From: Tubiluchus corallicola
Lineage: Eukaryota; Animalia; Priapulida
Direction of reading: 5' to 3'
Length of the DNA: 64,000 nt
NCBI GenBank assembly: GCA_030141605.1
Contig: JAQGDQ010000296.1
Span: 186,001-250,000 of the forward strand
The translations under genes and the position numbers were made by a program. The notes beneath the pieces were generated by a model. The model was not told where the DNA came from, searched no databases, and saw nothing but the letters and a program-made list of their open reading frames with translations. Position 1 is the stretch's first letter, and each line of letters begins with the position of its first letter. Shown here one piece after another: positions 25,466 to 39,260 of this stretch.

Positions 25466-27365
25466 ACTGTTTCAAAAAAGGACAGTGTATATAGACTTTC
25501 CAGGTGGCATTAAATAATGCTCGTGTCAGCGAAATCCTCTATTAGTGACAGGGAGATGAAAAGAAGGATCAAAGTTAAAATTAAAACCACCATGTTAAAA
25601 TGATTCGTAACTGTGATATTGGCTACCGTCCCAAGCATTCTAGCACTTTGTTGTATGTCTGCACAACATACAATCTTAAAGCCCTGGTGACCCTGTCAGC
25701 TGACACTATGCAGTAAAGAGTCCCTCGGAAAGTCATTTAAAAACGATTTACTGCGTTCACAATTGCAACTAGCAAATGATACAGGACACGCAGTAACTTA
25801 ACTGCTAATCACCAATTACTGACACTATGATGATTTTTGTGGTGAAAAACTTGCTTGTATGTCAGTGATAAGCGGATTCTACAACTCAGCTTGCTTTGAT
25901 ATTTATCAACTTAATAATGTGCCATCTTCTAAAGTCACAAGTTTCTGCTTCAAGTACTAAGAGGAATGAATCAGTAGTCAAATTTATGGGATGTGGCAAT
26001 TAGCATGGATTTGGCAATCAATACATAAGAATGCAATTACACGATGAATATACAAACAAAAAGTCACAGTAGTTAAATTTATGCCTCGCGTTAGCATAAT
26101 TTTAAATGTTTCTAAACTATTTGGTGAAAATTCCATGATCTCGTCTTTTAATAAAGACAGAATTACAGAAAGAGATTTTGAAATCTAACGTAAGAATTAC
26201 AGTTTGTTCTATAACTTTTCGAAATTTTGTAAAAAATTTTGAATTTTTGTAAACGTTAACTATACTAATACAATTTCACAAGACACGACTGTTACATTTT
26301 ACTAATATAGTTGGAATTATTATTTATGCACTGATTAGAGAAACCCCGCACAATATTGATGGACTTGACTAATGTTGTACTTTAATTATACTTATTAATT
26401 AATTCATTCATAATAATTTTCTAGAGTTTATTCACTATAATAGAAATGATACCAGAGTGCAAAACATACAAATGATAATATAACCGGAAGTTGATAAATA
26501 TTGAGCCAAAGTAAAAGCTACTGCTTCTTGAAACTTTTGACTTTTTTAAATTTATTTTGTGCATTCGGGATATTTCCATTTCGGTCGATTTACGTAATGG
26601 ACATAATATTTAAAGTTTCTGGGAAAAAATTTCGTTTGTTTCGGATCGGAACCAGATTTGTTATTGAAATTTCTCTAAGTGACCTTTACGCATATCTCAT
26701 TTTTGCATGTCTAATATGCATCTTATGTAAACTATACTTGTCAGTATCAAATGTAGAATTTAAATTGCACAGAAGAGCTTGTATAACTCACTTCAGTTAA
26801 TGAGTTTTCCCAGAAACGTTTACATTTTCCATCAGCTCGCCACTACGAAAATAAATTTATAACTGAAGATCACCAAAAATTGCAAATTACTAAGATTCCT
26901 CGCCATAATTCTGAATACTGTATTTATGAATAGTACAATTTTAGCCATGCAAGTGAAACTGCAAAACCAGAAATAAAAAACACCAACAGCAGCGGGAACA
27001 TCTACAACAAGTTTTGACGGAGTAGCAACAGCGTATAAACGATACAACAATATGTCAAAAATTTTGTTTATTACGTAAGTACAACAACATCAACAGGCTA
27101 TAAGATCCTTTGTTTAAAAGTCGTTATAATCAAAGACAAAGAATTTCGAAAAAACAAGATAAAGTAAAAATAAAAAGCAAGTTCTTTGCCAGCATTATAT
27201 ACAAAACGAAATATCTGAACGAATCTTTGAGAATGGCACACGAATTGGCACACTTTCATATTTTTTAAACAAAAACTTCACACTTTTTCAAGATTATGTT
27301 GCTGTTGTGAGGCTTGGTTCAGAAAATAACATAACCCGAACATGTTAACTGTACGTCATTCGATT

Positions 27366-27431
27366 ATTACACTTTTCACACAGTAAGTCTAAACCGTTTT
27401 GAAACCGCTTCGCCGTGTGAAAAAGGTGTAA
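27366..27431. mobile_element. Short MITE-like hairpin with TTTCACAC...GTGTGAAA arms
   Basis: attacacttttcacac ... gtgtgaaaaaggtgtaat inverted arms in an AT context. Similar termini occur in Harbinger/Tourist-like MITEs. Confidence 0.45.
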
Positions 27432-29177
27432 TTAATTTTTATAAATACATATCTGGCAGCTATTATGCAATATAGAAATTTAAATTCCTAATACTTTACT
27501 TACCTACTGTAGAAGTTTTAATCTTTCTAGAGAGAATACGTTTTACCGTCACAGTTAACAAGATATAATGCTATTACACGATTCTCTCACCGCAAACTGT
27601 TTTCTCCCCGCGGACTTCTTTTCTTCCTGGTTAGCAGCAGTAGTAGCAGCGAGCGAAACCATGTTCACAGTGGCTGCACAATTGACTGGCTTCCATCATT
27701 TCATCTGCGCAATAGGATCCCATGCAGTCATAGAATTAATACAGGAATATTGACGCCGTGATTGAAATTAATCAGCTTGGGAAAAACAGGTCTGTTTTGA
27801 TACTTACCCAAATAAACTTATTAACGGGCGTATTTTAAAGCTGTCAGGCGCAGTCTAATTTATAACCGCACATAAACGTTATAAATTCTTAAAAACCTTA
27901 TCACCTCCAATAGGGCCTCCATATCACCTCCATTCTCCATTCCGAGCAGCTAGGCTAATAGCTACATTACAGCGAAAGTTCAATTTCTCAAACAGAAATT
28001 TATTACAAAAATTATCTGATATCTATCAGAAAATAAAGCTCACAATCAATCAAGAGAAGAGACAATAAACTCATTAATTCTTTTAAAAATTGCAAAAATA
28101 AATAAGACAACTATTTTTTGTCTTTTTTGAAATTTAGATCCATTTCTCTTTTATTACGTTTTTGACGACATAGGACTAGGTGGCTATAATGAAATCTTTA
28201 TCTGCCCCTTGGTATGGGTTTTGAAACTCACATTACGCCAGCTCTCCGAAATCGCCTTACCACTTTTTGCTCAACTACATTTGTGGGGCTGGAGACTGCA
28301 CAATTGAATTAACACGCCGTGGCAGAATCCTAGGATTATAGTAAAAGCCATTAGCAGCATTTGGGGAGTCACATCTACTCTATTGATTGGGTACGTCTGT
28401 CACATCGATGAAATGCTGAAGTGATGTTTGTGCACGCGTCCGTCAATGTTACTCTCCTTAGACTTTTGAGAGAAAAAACTTCCACAGATTTCCGTTTACT
28501 GTACTGCTGGCCAGGAAACCCTCGAGAAGCTAGCAGCCAATTAGACCAACAAAAACTATTAACGACAGGATGCCAATTAGCAGCTTTGTCTGCTGTTGAA
28601 GCAAAAATGTGGGCGTTAAAAAACTGTCCGAATGGCACCCTTTAAGATATTATTTTGCCAAATGCATCATAACCTGTATACTCTACGCTGCCCTTACACA
28701 TGATCGTGAAAATTTAGGAGCACCCAGTAAACAATTACACTAAATTACACTACTCAGCTTCACGTCAGACGAGCTTGTCCTTTCTTCTGTCAAATCTTGT
28801 GTTAAACTGTAACTAGCAAATTGGCAAAAATCTTCAGTTCTTGGAGCAAGTTTACGCGAGCAAACGGGAAGGCATGTTTCCGTGAATGTTTGAGAGGTAC
28901 GAATTGCCTTACCGAGCAGCAACGCTCTCCTTATCGCAGGGCACTTAGGTTACGTGACGACCAGTTGTTAGAGTTGTAGACAATTACTAAGAGTCTATTT
29001 TGATAATGGTTTGATAATAGTTTTATAACAATAGTTGAATTCATAGTTTTGTACGCCCACGCTGTGAAAGAACTTAATTTGTGTGCGAGTTCCTGAAATT
29101 GGTTTAGTTTTCATAAAATGAACTGGAGTTAGGCCTATGCACTGCCGCACTGGTGACACTTTAATACAAGAGCCCCC

Positions 29178-29233
<56 letters not shown>
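29178..29233. repeat. (TA)n-(GA)n microsatellite
   Basis: Directly visible. Confidence 0.97.
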
Positions 29234-29237
<4 letters not shown>

Positions 29238-29654
29238 AGGCTTTTGCATTATATATGAATAAATAAAGATTTGTCATCATCATCTCACTTTAAAGAAAGG
29301 TTACAAAGCTACGCCTTTAAACCACACAAAAATCTTCAACAAATCGCTGCAGCTATTGGGTTCATTTGGTGTTTTGAGTTCACTGGTTACTCTCGTCATG
29401 TATGGGATCTCGAAATACTACTATGTATGTAAGGTTCACTGAACATTAAATTCAAATAATCAAATAAAATGACTGTCTTCGAATCATAAGCTTGCTGATT
29501 TTCAGTTTTTTCGGTTTCCAATGCGCGATATCATTATGACAACTAAATTTCGTATCACAAATGACATCGTTCATTTTTAATCAAATTTTATAATAGTAAC
29601 GTCAGTATTATTATTAATGATAGTACCAATCCACAAAGTTAGAGAGCAAACCTA

Positions 29655-29760
29655 AAGGAAATGTGAAAAAGTTGGGATACAATCTGGATTTGAAAAATGG
29701 ACCTTCTGTTTACAAGGCAAATGCCTTATACCACTAGGCCACTGTACACCCAGTGATCAC
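29655..29760 (-). mobile_element. tRNA(Thr-TGT)-derived SINE or pseudo-tRNA
   Basis: Minus strand GGGTGTACAGTGGCCTAGTGGTATAAGGCATTTGCCTTGTAAACAGAAGGTCCATTTTTCAAATCCAGATTGTATCCC has an A box, a CTTGTAA loop, a mutated B box and a partial acceptor stem, then a T-run. Confidence 0.65.
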
Positions 29761-29927
29761 GGCAGTCCAAAGTTTATCCCTTATATTTAGCCATTCGAAT
29801 CCAACATTTCTAAGCTAGATCGCCTTCACTAGCGTGAAAAAACAGATTATATTATTTTTATTTTGGTTAATTTTGTGGCTGAACTTTTGACCCGTAATTA
29901 ACAAACTGTGTGTATAGCGTATTTGAA

Positions 29928-30025
29928 CTGAAGGTCTCTGGGTCAAATCCAGGTTGTATTCCAAGCTTTTCACGCTGCCCGTCTTTCAAGTTCCGTATCC
30001 AATTTTAATTAATTGTGTGTTTGTA
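29928..30025 (+). mobile_element. 5'-truncated copy of the same tRNA-SINE
   Basis: gaaggtctctgggtcaaatccaggttgtattccaagc..tttaattaattgtgtgtttg aligns by eye with 6940-7033. Confidence 0.6.
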
Positions 30026-31447
30026 TATATTTTTAATTATACTTTCTTTTTTTGACACAGATGTAATTTCTTTAACATAAATGCTGCTGTAACATTTTTC
30101 ACCACTTGCGTTCTTAATAAGAGCTTATATATATATATATAAGACTAATCCCAAGAGTTTAAAATCACGACATTGCGAAAACAGGAATACAAGAATATGA
30201 TAAAACGTCAATTGAAAATTGTTACAATTTGAAAGCAAGAGAAAGTTTGCATTTAGTATATATAAAATCATGATTAAATTTAGATGTTGGTAATAATAAA
30301 AGCAAACCACAAACAGAAACAGTTAAAATTGGGATAATTATTAAAATTATTTAGTATAAATATTTAGGTAAACAAAATGCAAAATAACCTGGAAATGGTA
30401 GGAGTTAAATAAAAATAGAAGAGAACGCTTGTTGGGCAAACAGTTATATATTATGAGCTAACGAAGTGAAAAAAAGTTCCGTCTATAAATACAATTATCA
30501 GAAAAGAGACAAGGAGATAAGAAAATTACAGCGAAATTCCGGAATTTTAGCTTAATTGGTAACATTGAGCTATGTTCGTTCGTATGTGCTCTCGACGGGT
30601 CATGGTAGATTTTGACCTTCATACATTTCCTTTTATGGCTTTATGGCTTTATAAATTCAATAATTGTAGCTTTATTCCACTAATTAGTAGTTTCAACAAA
30701 TAATGCTTAAAATTAAGATTATATAAATTATTTATATGTGTTTGTTTAAATCGGTGTGTAGTTCAGCAGCTTTAATTATAGGCGCCTAGAATCCTGAACG
30801 AAAATGAACCGATTTGACTCGCACACATTGCCTGGCTATACAAATGCATTAATTACTCTCTGAATGTGATTCTGTTGATGATAAAACATTTGTTTGCTGT
30901 CGGTAATGTAGTAGCAATAAATGTATCGCTCATTTCCCTATGGTATCTCCTTGCACTGAGCCTGCATACTTAACTATGATAAGTAAACGTAATTGTAACA
31001 GTAATCATTTTTATACCAAGTTAAAATAATTATTAGAAAGAAAAATTATGCATTAGGCCTACTGACAAAGAACCATTGGCTGCTTAGGCGATATTTAGAT
31101 AAGGGAGCTACTAGCAGCAGTACTGAAATAAAAAAAACAACACAATTTTTTTTTGTAAACTGTTCCATCATTATTGCAAAGACACCCCAACCAGAAGCGC
31201 CACAGTCACAGTCACAGATTGGCGATAGCACACTGTATGTACCGCGAAAACCTAATCATGCATTTACCAATAAACTACCTACAAGACATTTTTAAAAAAT
31301 AGCGCCATTCAGTTATGATTAAGAAAAACTCAACAAACAATATGTTATCATGAAATTTAAGTGATGAATACTTTGATAAATGGCTCGTTTTTTCATATGC
31401 CTCAAAAACCATATTTTTGAACTAAACGTTATTTTACAAACGTTATG

Positions 31448-31554
31448 AAGGGTTGAAAGTTCGGGGTCCGGATCGGGGTCGGGATGAGATGAGAATTTCG
31501 TAAACTCGGATGTTCGGGACTGAATTATGACTCCGTCCCGATCTCGAACACCTA
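31448..31554. mobile_element. Possible hAT-type MITE remnant with TCGGG/CCCGA subterminal motifs
   Basis: tcggggtccggatcggggtcggga ... gtcccgatctcgaacaccta, GC-rich in an AT background. Confidence 0.35.
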
Positions 31555-32661
31555 TATAAACTAGGTAATTAATTTTAGACAAGTAAAATTAGTAAAATTC
31601 GGTTTCATGTAATATGGCCACTGTTTCGAATGTCGTGGGCTACGTTATGCAATGACCACAAAATGCAAACATATTATGAGTTTATTAGCTGCTAATCCGC
31701 TTGGTAATGAAAGTTTGGATTACAATACAAACACGCAGGCGTTGAATGATTTCCCGCATAAGCACAATAAGCTCTAGAGACATGACACTTTGTCCAATAT
31801 TAGAGTGTTTATAGAAGCAGCTGTGTTATAAGTCATTAGTATCTAAAGTAAGTATGAGGATAACCAATTTACTGCACGCATAATTTCTGTAGCACACTTT
31901 ATGTACCCGTTATAGACTAAACTCCAGTGCTGCGTTGGGTTGTTTGGTTTTAACAGTTGGGTGTTTGATTTTTGAAAAGGAGACATGGCATTTTTATACT
32001 GTTATAGGGAGACCATCACAATTGGCAGTATTTGATTGGTTATTTATTTTAAAGATTTCTATCCCTATATTAATGTGAGTCGTAAACTTAGTTTTGCTAA
32101 AACGAGCTAACGACAAAGTTCAACCCTGCTTTCAGTAAGTTTTTTGAAATTGCAGAGTTCTAAGGAGGAATATTTTGGCGGCTTTGGATATTTCCTTAGA
32201 ATACAACTTTTCATTATTTAAGAGATTGGTTCACATCAGTGAGCTTGAAATTCAATACTGAACTACTGAACTGAATTTTATTAATGACAAATTAATTGTT
32301 TGTGGGCCAAGATTAAATGTTTGCCAATCCTGCGCTTTTTTCCCATGCTCCTATGCCAAGTATGACTAAAACATTTGCTTTAATTAAATTATATTACAAA
32401 ATAATGTAATTTATCGGTCTGAGCAGTGACGTTCATTTAAATTGCTGTCAACTGTTATGGTCACATTAGACATTATGATCCTTTAGCAGTTACCGAAAGT
32501 GTAGAAAACCTTTACGTCTCAGAAAATAGAAAGAAGAAGCAGCCTTGTGCTGTAGGAGGGACATTTCTATGCTTCACCCCTTTAAATTTGCAAAATGCTT
32601 AGATTCGTGGTAGTAGCGAAAGCAAGTCAGTAAGTGGATATTGGATAGAAAGTAACTCATG

Positions 32662-34340
32662 ATTTATTTATTTATTTTATTCACATCCAATAGTAAAATA
32701 CAGTCTACAATAAGAACAATATAATATAAAACACGTTGGCAAAAAACATACAAATAAAATATTTACAAGAGTGTAGTAAAGACACAAAGAGATTAACTGC
32801 TTATGTGTGTCTATTGTGTACAAGGAATTTATGCAAGTTAACTTTATATAAGCGGCTTTTAAATAACTTAATATTTTGTGCAGTTACAAGGGGTGCACCA
32901 TCAAGATATGCAGGAAATGAGTGCCAAATCGGTACAACTCGATTTGAGAAAAACTGACCAAATGATACTTTCGCTGTTTGACGTACGAAAAGCTTCAGAG
33001 AATGATTTTGCTTTGTTCAATTGCAAGATACACGGTAAAAAATTTGTCAAAGTTAACATAAACTTCTCTATGAATAATTTAGTAGTATAAAGCTAAACCT
33101 TTTTGAATGCATCTCTCCTCTAAAGACTTTAGATGTAGAATCTCCAGACGCTTATGATATGGCATATACATTGAATTACATCTGTAAAACAGGCGTCGAG
33201 TAAAGTATCCCTGTACACTTTCTATACGGTCAACATTACCCAATAAAGCTGGATTCCAGACTGGCGAGCAATACTCTACAATTGGTCTTATGTAAACTAT
33301 GAACGATCTTAACAATATGTCTTTATCATCAGTAGAAAACATTCCAAACAACATATTTGTAATTCTATTGGCTTTAATAGCTACCTCAATGTATTGATTT
33401 GTCCATTTCAGGTCATGAGAAATTATAACACCAGGTTCACGCACACTTGTTTCAACGGGTGAATAAGAGTCAAAAAAGTGATATTCATGGCCCGGATTAC
33501 CATTCCCAATATGTATAACATTGCATTTCGGTATGGCTATAACTAGTTGCCACTCATTAACCCATAAGTTAACTGCATCAAGGGCTGACTGAAGATCACT
33601 ATTTTGAGTTGACCAAAAACTTTGATAGAGTTTTACATCATCAGCAAATAACTTTACTGTTACAGCAAAAAAGACATCAGGTAAATCAAAAATAAACATT
33701 ATTACCAATAGCAACACATTGTTTTCTATCGTTCAAAAAAGCTTCAATCCAGGTCAAAAGATGTCCTACAATGCAGATTTACATGAAATTTCAAAATTAG
33801 TTTGGGATGGGAAACAGTGTAAAATGTTTTTTTAATCGATATATATATAGCATCTACTACATTGCCATTGTCTATAGCTAAACCAAAGTCATATAAACAT
33901 TCGAGTAACTGTGTTGTAGTGGATCGTTTAGATAAGAAGCCATGTTGCTCTTTTGACAATAAACCTTTACATTTTAAAAAGTAAAGCTATCAACAATACA
34001 CATCTCCATTAACTTACAGCTTACACATGTAAGTGATACTGGCCTCTAATTATTCGGATCACTACTATCTCCCTTCTTATGAATAGGTATAACTTCAGCC
34101 AGTTTCCAAACGGCCAATCAGGTAAACGACCTTTGAAAGATATAAAACAATAGAACACATATGTTATTCGCCATTTTTTTTAAAAATCTCGCCGGTATGC
34201 CGTCAAGAGTTTTACTTTGCTTGGGTTTCAGTTTACGAATCAGTTTTTTTAATTACAACAGGCGAGAAATCAACAAATGACAAACCTTCATTATCTGGTA
34301 CCTTTCTTTCAATAGCAGGGCATATTCCATTATCCTTTAC
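32662..34340 (-). mobile_element. Degenerate CR1-like LINE ORF2 fragment with 3' end
   Basis: Motifs DGIPARF, KLAEVIPIHKKGDSSDPNN*RPVSLTCVSCKLME, QHGFLSKRSTTTQLLE, KLFADDVKLY, YIRPIVEYCSPVWNP and IESVQGYFTRRL. AATAAA/(AAAT)-type tail at ~32662-32682. Frameshifts and a deletion around the QG motif. Confidence 0.92.
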
Positions 34341-37300
34341 ATGATTTTTACATGTTTTATCCTGATGAAACAGTAATGCTGAGGGCCGCCCTCAGCAAAA
34401 ATTTACTATTACTGGCTTTATATTAAGAGTAAATGTAAGGCTCAAAATGTGCAGCATATATGTAAGACAACTGTCAAACAAAATGTGTAGACCGCCACTG
34501 ACAGTAGTGCGTAATTAGTTGGTGGCTCCCTATACTTGAGGCTTACCCTGGAGTGGGTAGTGCATTGGATGTAAATGTATATTAATTTTATAAAATTACA
34601 TATATGCATGCAGCACAAAGGTCTCAGACAACCTACAACTTTTTGCACTCCATTTCGACCCCCCTCTCTACTCACCCTATATTTGAATCTGATTCTGTCT
34701 AAATACAGCCTACTTTATATTTAGGCATCGAGATTTGCATAAGATACAGATGTGCAACAATTTTATCGCGTGATATTGTTAAAAAATTCCATGATTTATT
34801 GATATTTAAAACCTGTGACACGTGTGTTTTAATTATTTACGTAGCCTATTTGTCTTTTTAAGTTTACTAACAATGGCTGTAGCCATGGCTTCGTAAATTA
34901 GTGCAAATAATATAAAGATCGATACATACTCTTAATAGTCTTATTCAGATGGCACTTAATAAGCACAGGCGAAGTAAAACTATCTGAAATCTCTTGCCTA
35001 ATTCTGTTGCAAAATAAGTTACGTAACACAGTATGAAATAAATTATTAAAGAAAGTCACTTTTCATTCGAAAAATGTGCAGCTAAACAAAAGTAATTCAT
35101 TTTTGTCATCCGTAACGAGTAGAATAATTCTTTCGCGCTGAAACGTGGGAAAACAGCCACTGTATAAAAAACTTTGCAACAATCATTCTTTGCATTGTGC
35201 GTAGACAAAGAGCTAAAAGTAATACTTTGCTTTTTAGTGCGGGATTCCCTACGGTGTGGTTCCGATTGGAAGAAATTGGCCCAGTTGGCTTAAGGCCAGC
35301 CCTAGATCATCATCATGGTCACGCTAATCGCCTCATAGCTTTCGCCGAAACGAAACTACACAATCATCATCTTTCCTGGTGTGGGTGGTTTTAAAAGCCC
35401 GTGTTGTCTTCCATCTCATTTCTCTTTCTTTCCAAGAATTTAAGAAACCTCACAGAGATCCACGGGGATATTTTTGATGAGGCGTTTGGGGAAATTTTGG
35501 AAAAATCGGATAGGTCAGCGGGTTTAGCAGAACGCTGACATTGTCATAAAGCTTAAAATGGTGTTCATAGATGGTCCTTATTCGAAACATAAACTATTAG
35601 GAAGGAAGCAGCACGTAAGGTTTTCGTTTGGTGTATTACTTTTCAAGGTTGGGGAAAAACTTGTTAAATCGGTGAATTCCTGCTAGATCTATACTTGTAT
35701 ATTATTGTTAACATAAAGCGTTTTAGTGTTATAATTGGAAGAAAGGAGAATTAATTTTGACACATAGAAACTACATGAGGCGTGTGTTTAGCTTCCTATG
35801 TCAAGAGACCCTCAAAGCGACCCAGCGCTATCCCATTGAGCTTACAGTTATCCATGCAGATAAACCTATTTATAACCTGAAATTCAAATTGATTATTAAT
35901 CTAATGATTGTTCAAATGACTGACTGACGATTGTCTAGCTGTTTGCTAACACTAACTTGTTTGCTTTTTGCTTGCTAATTCAGCCTCTTTCTTTTCTGCT
36001 TCCAGTATCTTTTTAGCTCTTATCTAGTTTCTTGCTTGGGCTATTTGGGCAATATCTGTTTGGGCTACAATTATAACACATTAGCAGGTTTAAATGACTT
36101 GTAGTGCCATAAGTTTTTGAACCAGAACTTTACTATCGCGACTGTTGTGATTGGTCTTAGTATAGTGGTACATCAGCATCAGCAGCAGCGGCGACGGTGT
36201 TTGCAGCAGCAGTAAGAACAGTAGATCTTCTCGATGTAGTTCAGGTGAACTTTAGAGAACTTGTAATTCATTACTAACGACAGCGATTGACCTTTTTAGC
36301 CATTGGTACTCCCATCGCAGATTAATTTATTAGTTTTAGGTGCATCACGGGTTTAACACATTTAGTTCTCGCTGAACTTGCCCCAGCTTGCAACGAACGG
36401 TTAAAACTTATTGATTCGGCCTCGTACAAAGTTTTCCGTTCGGAAACTCTTTCGGTCGATAGTCGGAAATCGGTTGGCCCTACTTCCGCCGGATATGTTT
36501 GACGAAATTGTTTCCAATGCTGCAAGTACAATGTGGTGAAAATGAACGCATACATGTGCAACATTTTACAAACGTTCAGCAGAAACATTTCATTTATTTT
36601 TCGTTTTTATTATGTGAAGTGTAAGAAATGAGACCATTTAATCGATTTTTACAACGCCGAATCTGGCCAGTGAATGGATTGTCGGCCGGCACATACTGCC
36701 TCTGGTTACTAACGTCATTGAAGGATGTTGTATGTACATCAGAACATGGTTAAGACGCCTTTAGCAGTTCATCATTAGAACTTAGAAGATCATCATTAAC
36801 AATGATGTAGGTCCACGTTCCCCCACAAACAACATCTGCGGTTCAATGCTGATTCCCGGTTATAGCAGAATTCCGAAAATGATATCAAACAATAGGAGAT
36901 CTCACACACAGCTTGTAAAACTTTCTAAGTGCTCTAGTGAAAGAGAAACTAATTTTAATTCTAAGCTCTTCTGTTATAAATCAGCACTTTACCTTCGAAT
37001 TCTTAATCCCCCTAAAAAATTATAAGGCATCCTAGTGCCAAATGTTTGCGTTGTGCTTTAGTACGTCAATTTCTGTTCATTGTTTGCTTGTTTGAAGATT
37101 TTGTAAAATACTACTAATCACACTAAACACTCGGAAAACAGAGTATACCTATGTGTCACATTTTAATTTTTAGCCAAACTTGCAATGTAGTCCCAATGAG
37201 ATAAAAACCAAGAGTCTAAGCGCGGTGTCTCCATTACAGCGACAGTGCATAAAAATCAGTGCCAATTCCAAATCCATTTTAATACAATTATACTACATCC

Positions 37301-38829
37301 AGACACTTCACACCAATTCTTTTAGAAATACTTACGTGGTACAAAATTAAATACAAAATCTCGAATAATTCCTATTCATCTTACCTTCACGCCAAGTCAC
37401 TCCAACTTCATCGGGAAATCACACATTTCGGTCACAATTTAATTAGGTTTCTTATTATGCAAATTCGTAGCACATAGTGCTATACTCGCCTGTCTTCAAG
37501 TCTTGACATAGACTATTGGCCATGAATAATTTATGCCATTTCTTCGAGGATTTTGTACTGTGTTTGTTGAAGAAACTTAATAAAAGTCTGCTGTCTTTTA
37601 TCCCAAGACGAAGATGATAATCTCGCTTCATAGTTAGTATTCTTGCCAATGCTTGACTTTCAAGATAAGTTTAAGTACTGTTATTTTATTAAACCACTTA
37701 ACCACGGCGCTTATTCAGTGAAATATTTAATATTAGCTTTAGCTTTTCTATATATACAACATATATATATATATAATTATGGCGCCGTTATGATGTTACC
37801 AAAACATACTTATTATGCTGACACATCTACCGCAGTCTTATTATAGACTGCACAAACAATTTTGAAGTAACTGGGTATACAAGCGCTATTCTTCTATTCG
37901 CTAAATAAATTCAGGTTAGCGTTATAACGTTGCGTAGTTCGTCGTGGTTTCGCTAGGCATGCGACAAAGTAGCCTCCAGAATCAAGCTATATACTCTCAA
38001 TACTGGTGAGGACGAGCAAGACTTATTCTTTCCTATTCTGTTACAGATTACATGCAGTAGAGTACCGTCAACATTAAATATTACATTTTAAACAATAGAA
38101 ATAAGTCGCATTCACACTCGCATTAGTCTTCCTCAAAACAACAAACTCTAACCAATAAATTTATATAACAGAGAACTATCTTGTTTCAAACCGTTTGACA
38201 TGGCTGTCTCTGACTGTGTGCAGCATGTCTCGCGCATGCTACAAAATATTCTCTTCTCCTTGTTCATTCCAGTCAGCAATAGCCGTTGTGCCTAAAGCCT
38301 TTTTGGCCTTAGAAATCCCATCTGAATATGTTCAATGTTTCTGCATCACTTCCAGTTCCATCATTTCCCAAAGTTCCTCCGTCAGTCCTAGTTTCTCTGC
38401 GTCATCTCTACAGTGCTTCTCCATCATTCCCAGCTCCTACTTTTCTCAAAATGGCTCTTTATGGAAATTTCTTAAAACGTTCTGACGTTTGTTTAACTAT
38501 AGGTCTGATATGTGACAGCCCAGTAATACTTCGCGAAACGTGTCTATTTTATTTTCAAATATTTCCTGCATCTGCTGACTTAAGTCCACTCCCTTACTTC
38601 CATACCTTTTAATGGTTGCCACCATCATTATAATTGCACTTATAATGCATTAATTTTATAGGCACAAATTTCCACAGATGCTTTTAGTTGTTCCTAATGG
38701 ATTTAACACTTTATCAGTAAAACAGAATCACCACCTCGAGTTAGTGCTGTAGTTAAAATACTCCATCACGATCTACCCGGGTTTTGCTGAGTGTTCACTG
38801 GCGGTACAGCAGTCCACACTGACAGTCAC

Positions 38830-39260
38830 AGCTTGCAGATTTTTGCATGGCAGTGTCGCACAGACGACGTTCCCAACGTGGTAAATATTTCAACATCTAC
38901 GTGAAGATAACAGGATCCCCATACGGCGATTGAAACAGCCATCACACTCCTCAAGTGAATCTGACCACTTTACAGCCTGCCATCCCTATGGTGTTAACGC
39001 AACAAATGGCACTTAGCAGATTGTGATTTACGAAAGTAATAACACAAGTAGAAGTATACCGTTACGTCTTTCTGTGATCTGCTAACGTCTCCTCGGGCCC
39101 GTGAAACTTGCACCCGAACTCGGGCAGCACATCACATATCTTGACATGAAACTGAGACAGGATACAACACGGAAGGTACTTAAAGTGTAGACGTACCTCC
39201 GTTTAACACAGGAAAAACACTCACTACTACTACGTGGCATACAATCGGCAGGTAAAAAAT
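38830..39260 (+). mobile_element. Possible highly decayed Penelope-like RT fragment
   Basis: GPVKLAPELGQHITYLDMKL...V*TY resembles the PLE RT thumb pattern PxIKFTxE...IxFLD. Upstream YVKITGSP weakly resembles the YxQxxG motif. Confidence 0.25.

Noticed and set aside
29673-29751. Functional tRNA-Thr gene
   Set aside because: The B box/T-arm is mutated (CATTTTTCAAATCC), the stems are imperfect and it belongs to a dispersed degenerate family.
37476-37510. ~24-bp inverted similarity to 54008-54031 (gtgctatactcgcctgtcttcaag)
   Set aside because: Too short and diverged; probably fragments of a dispersed repeat rather than the paired ends of a 16-kb element.
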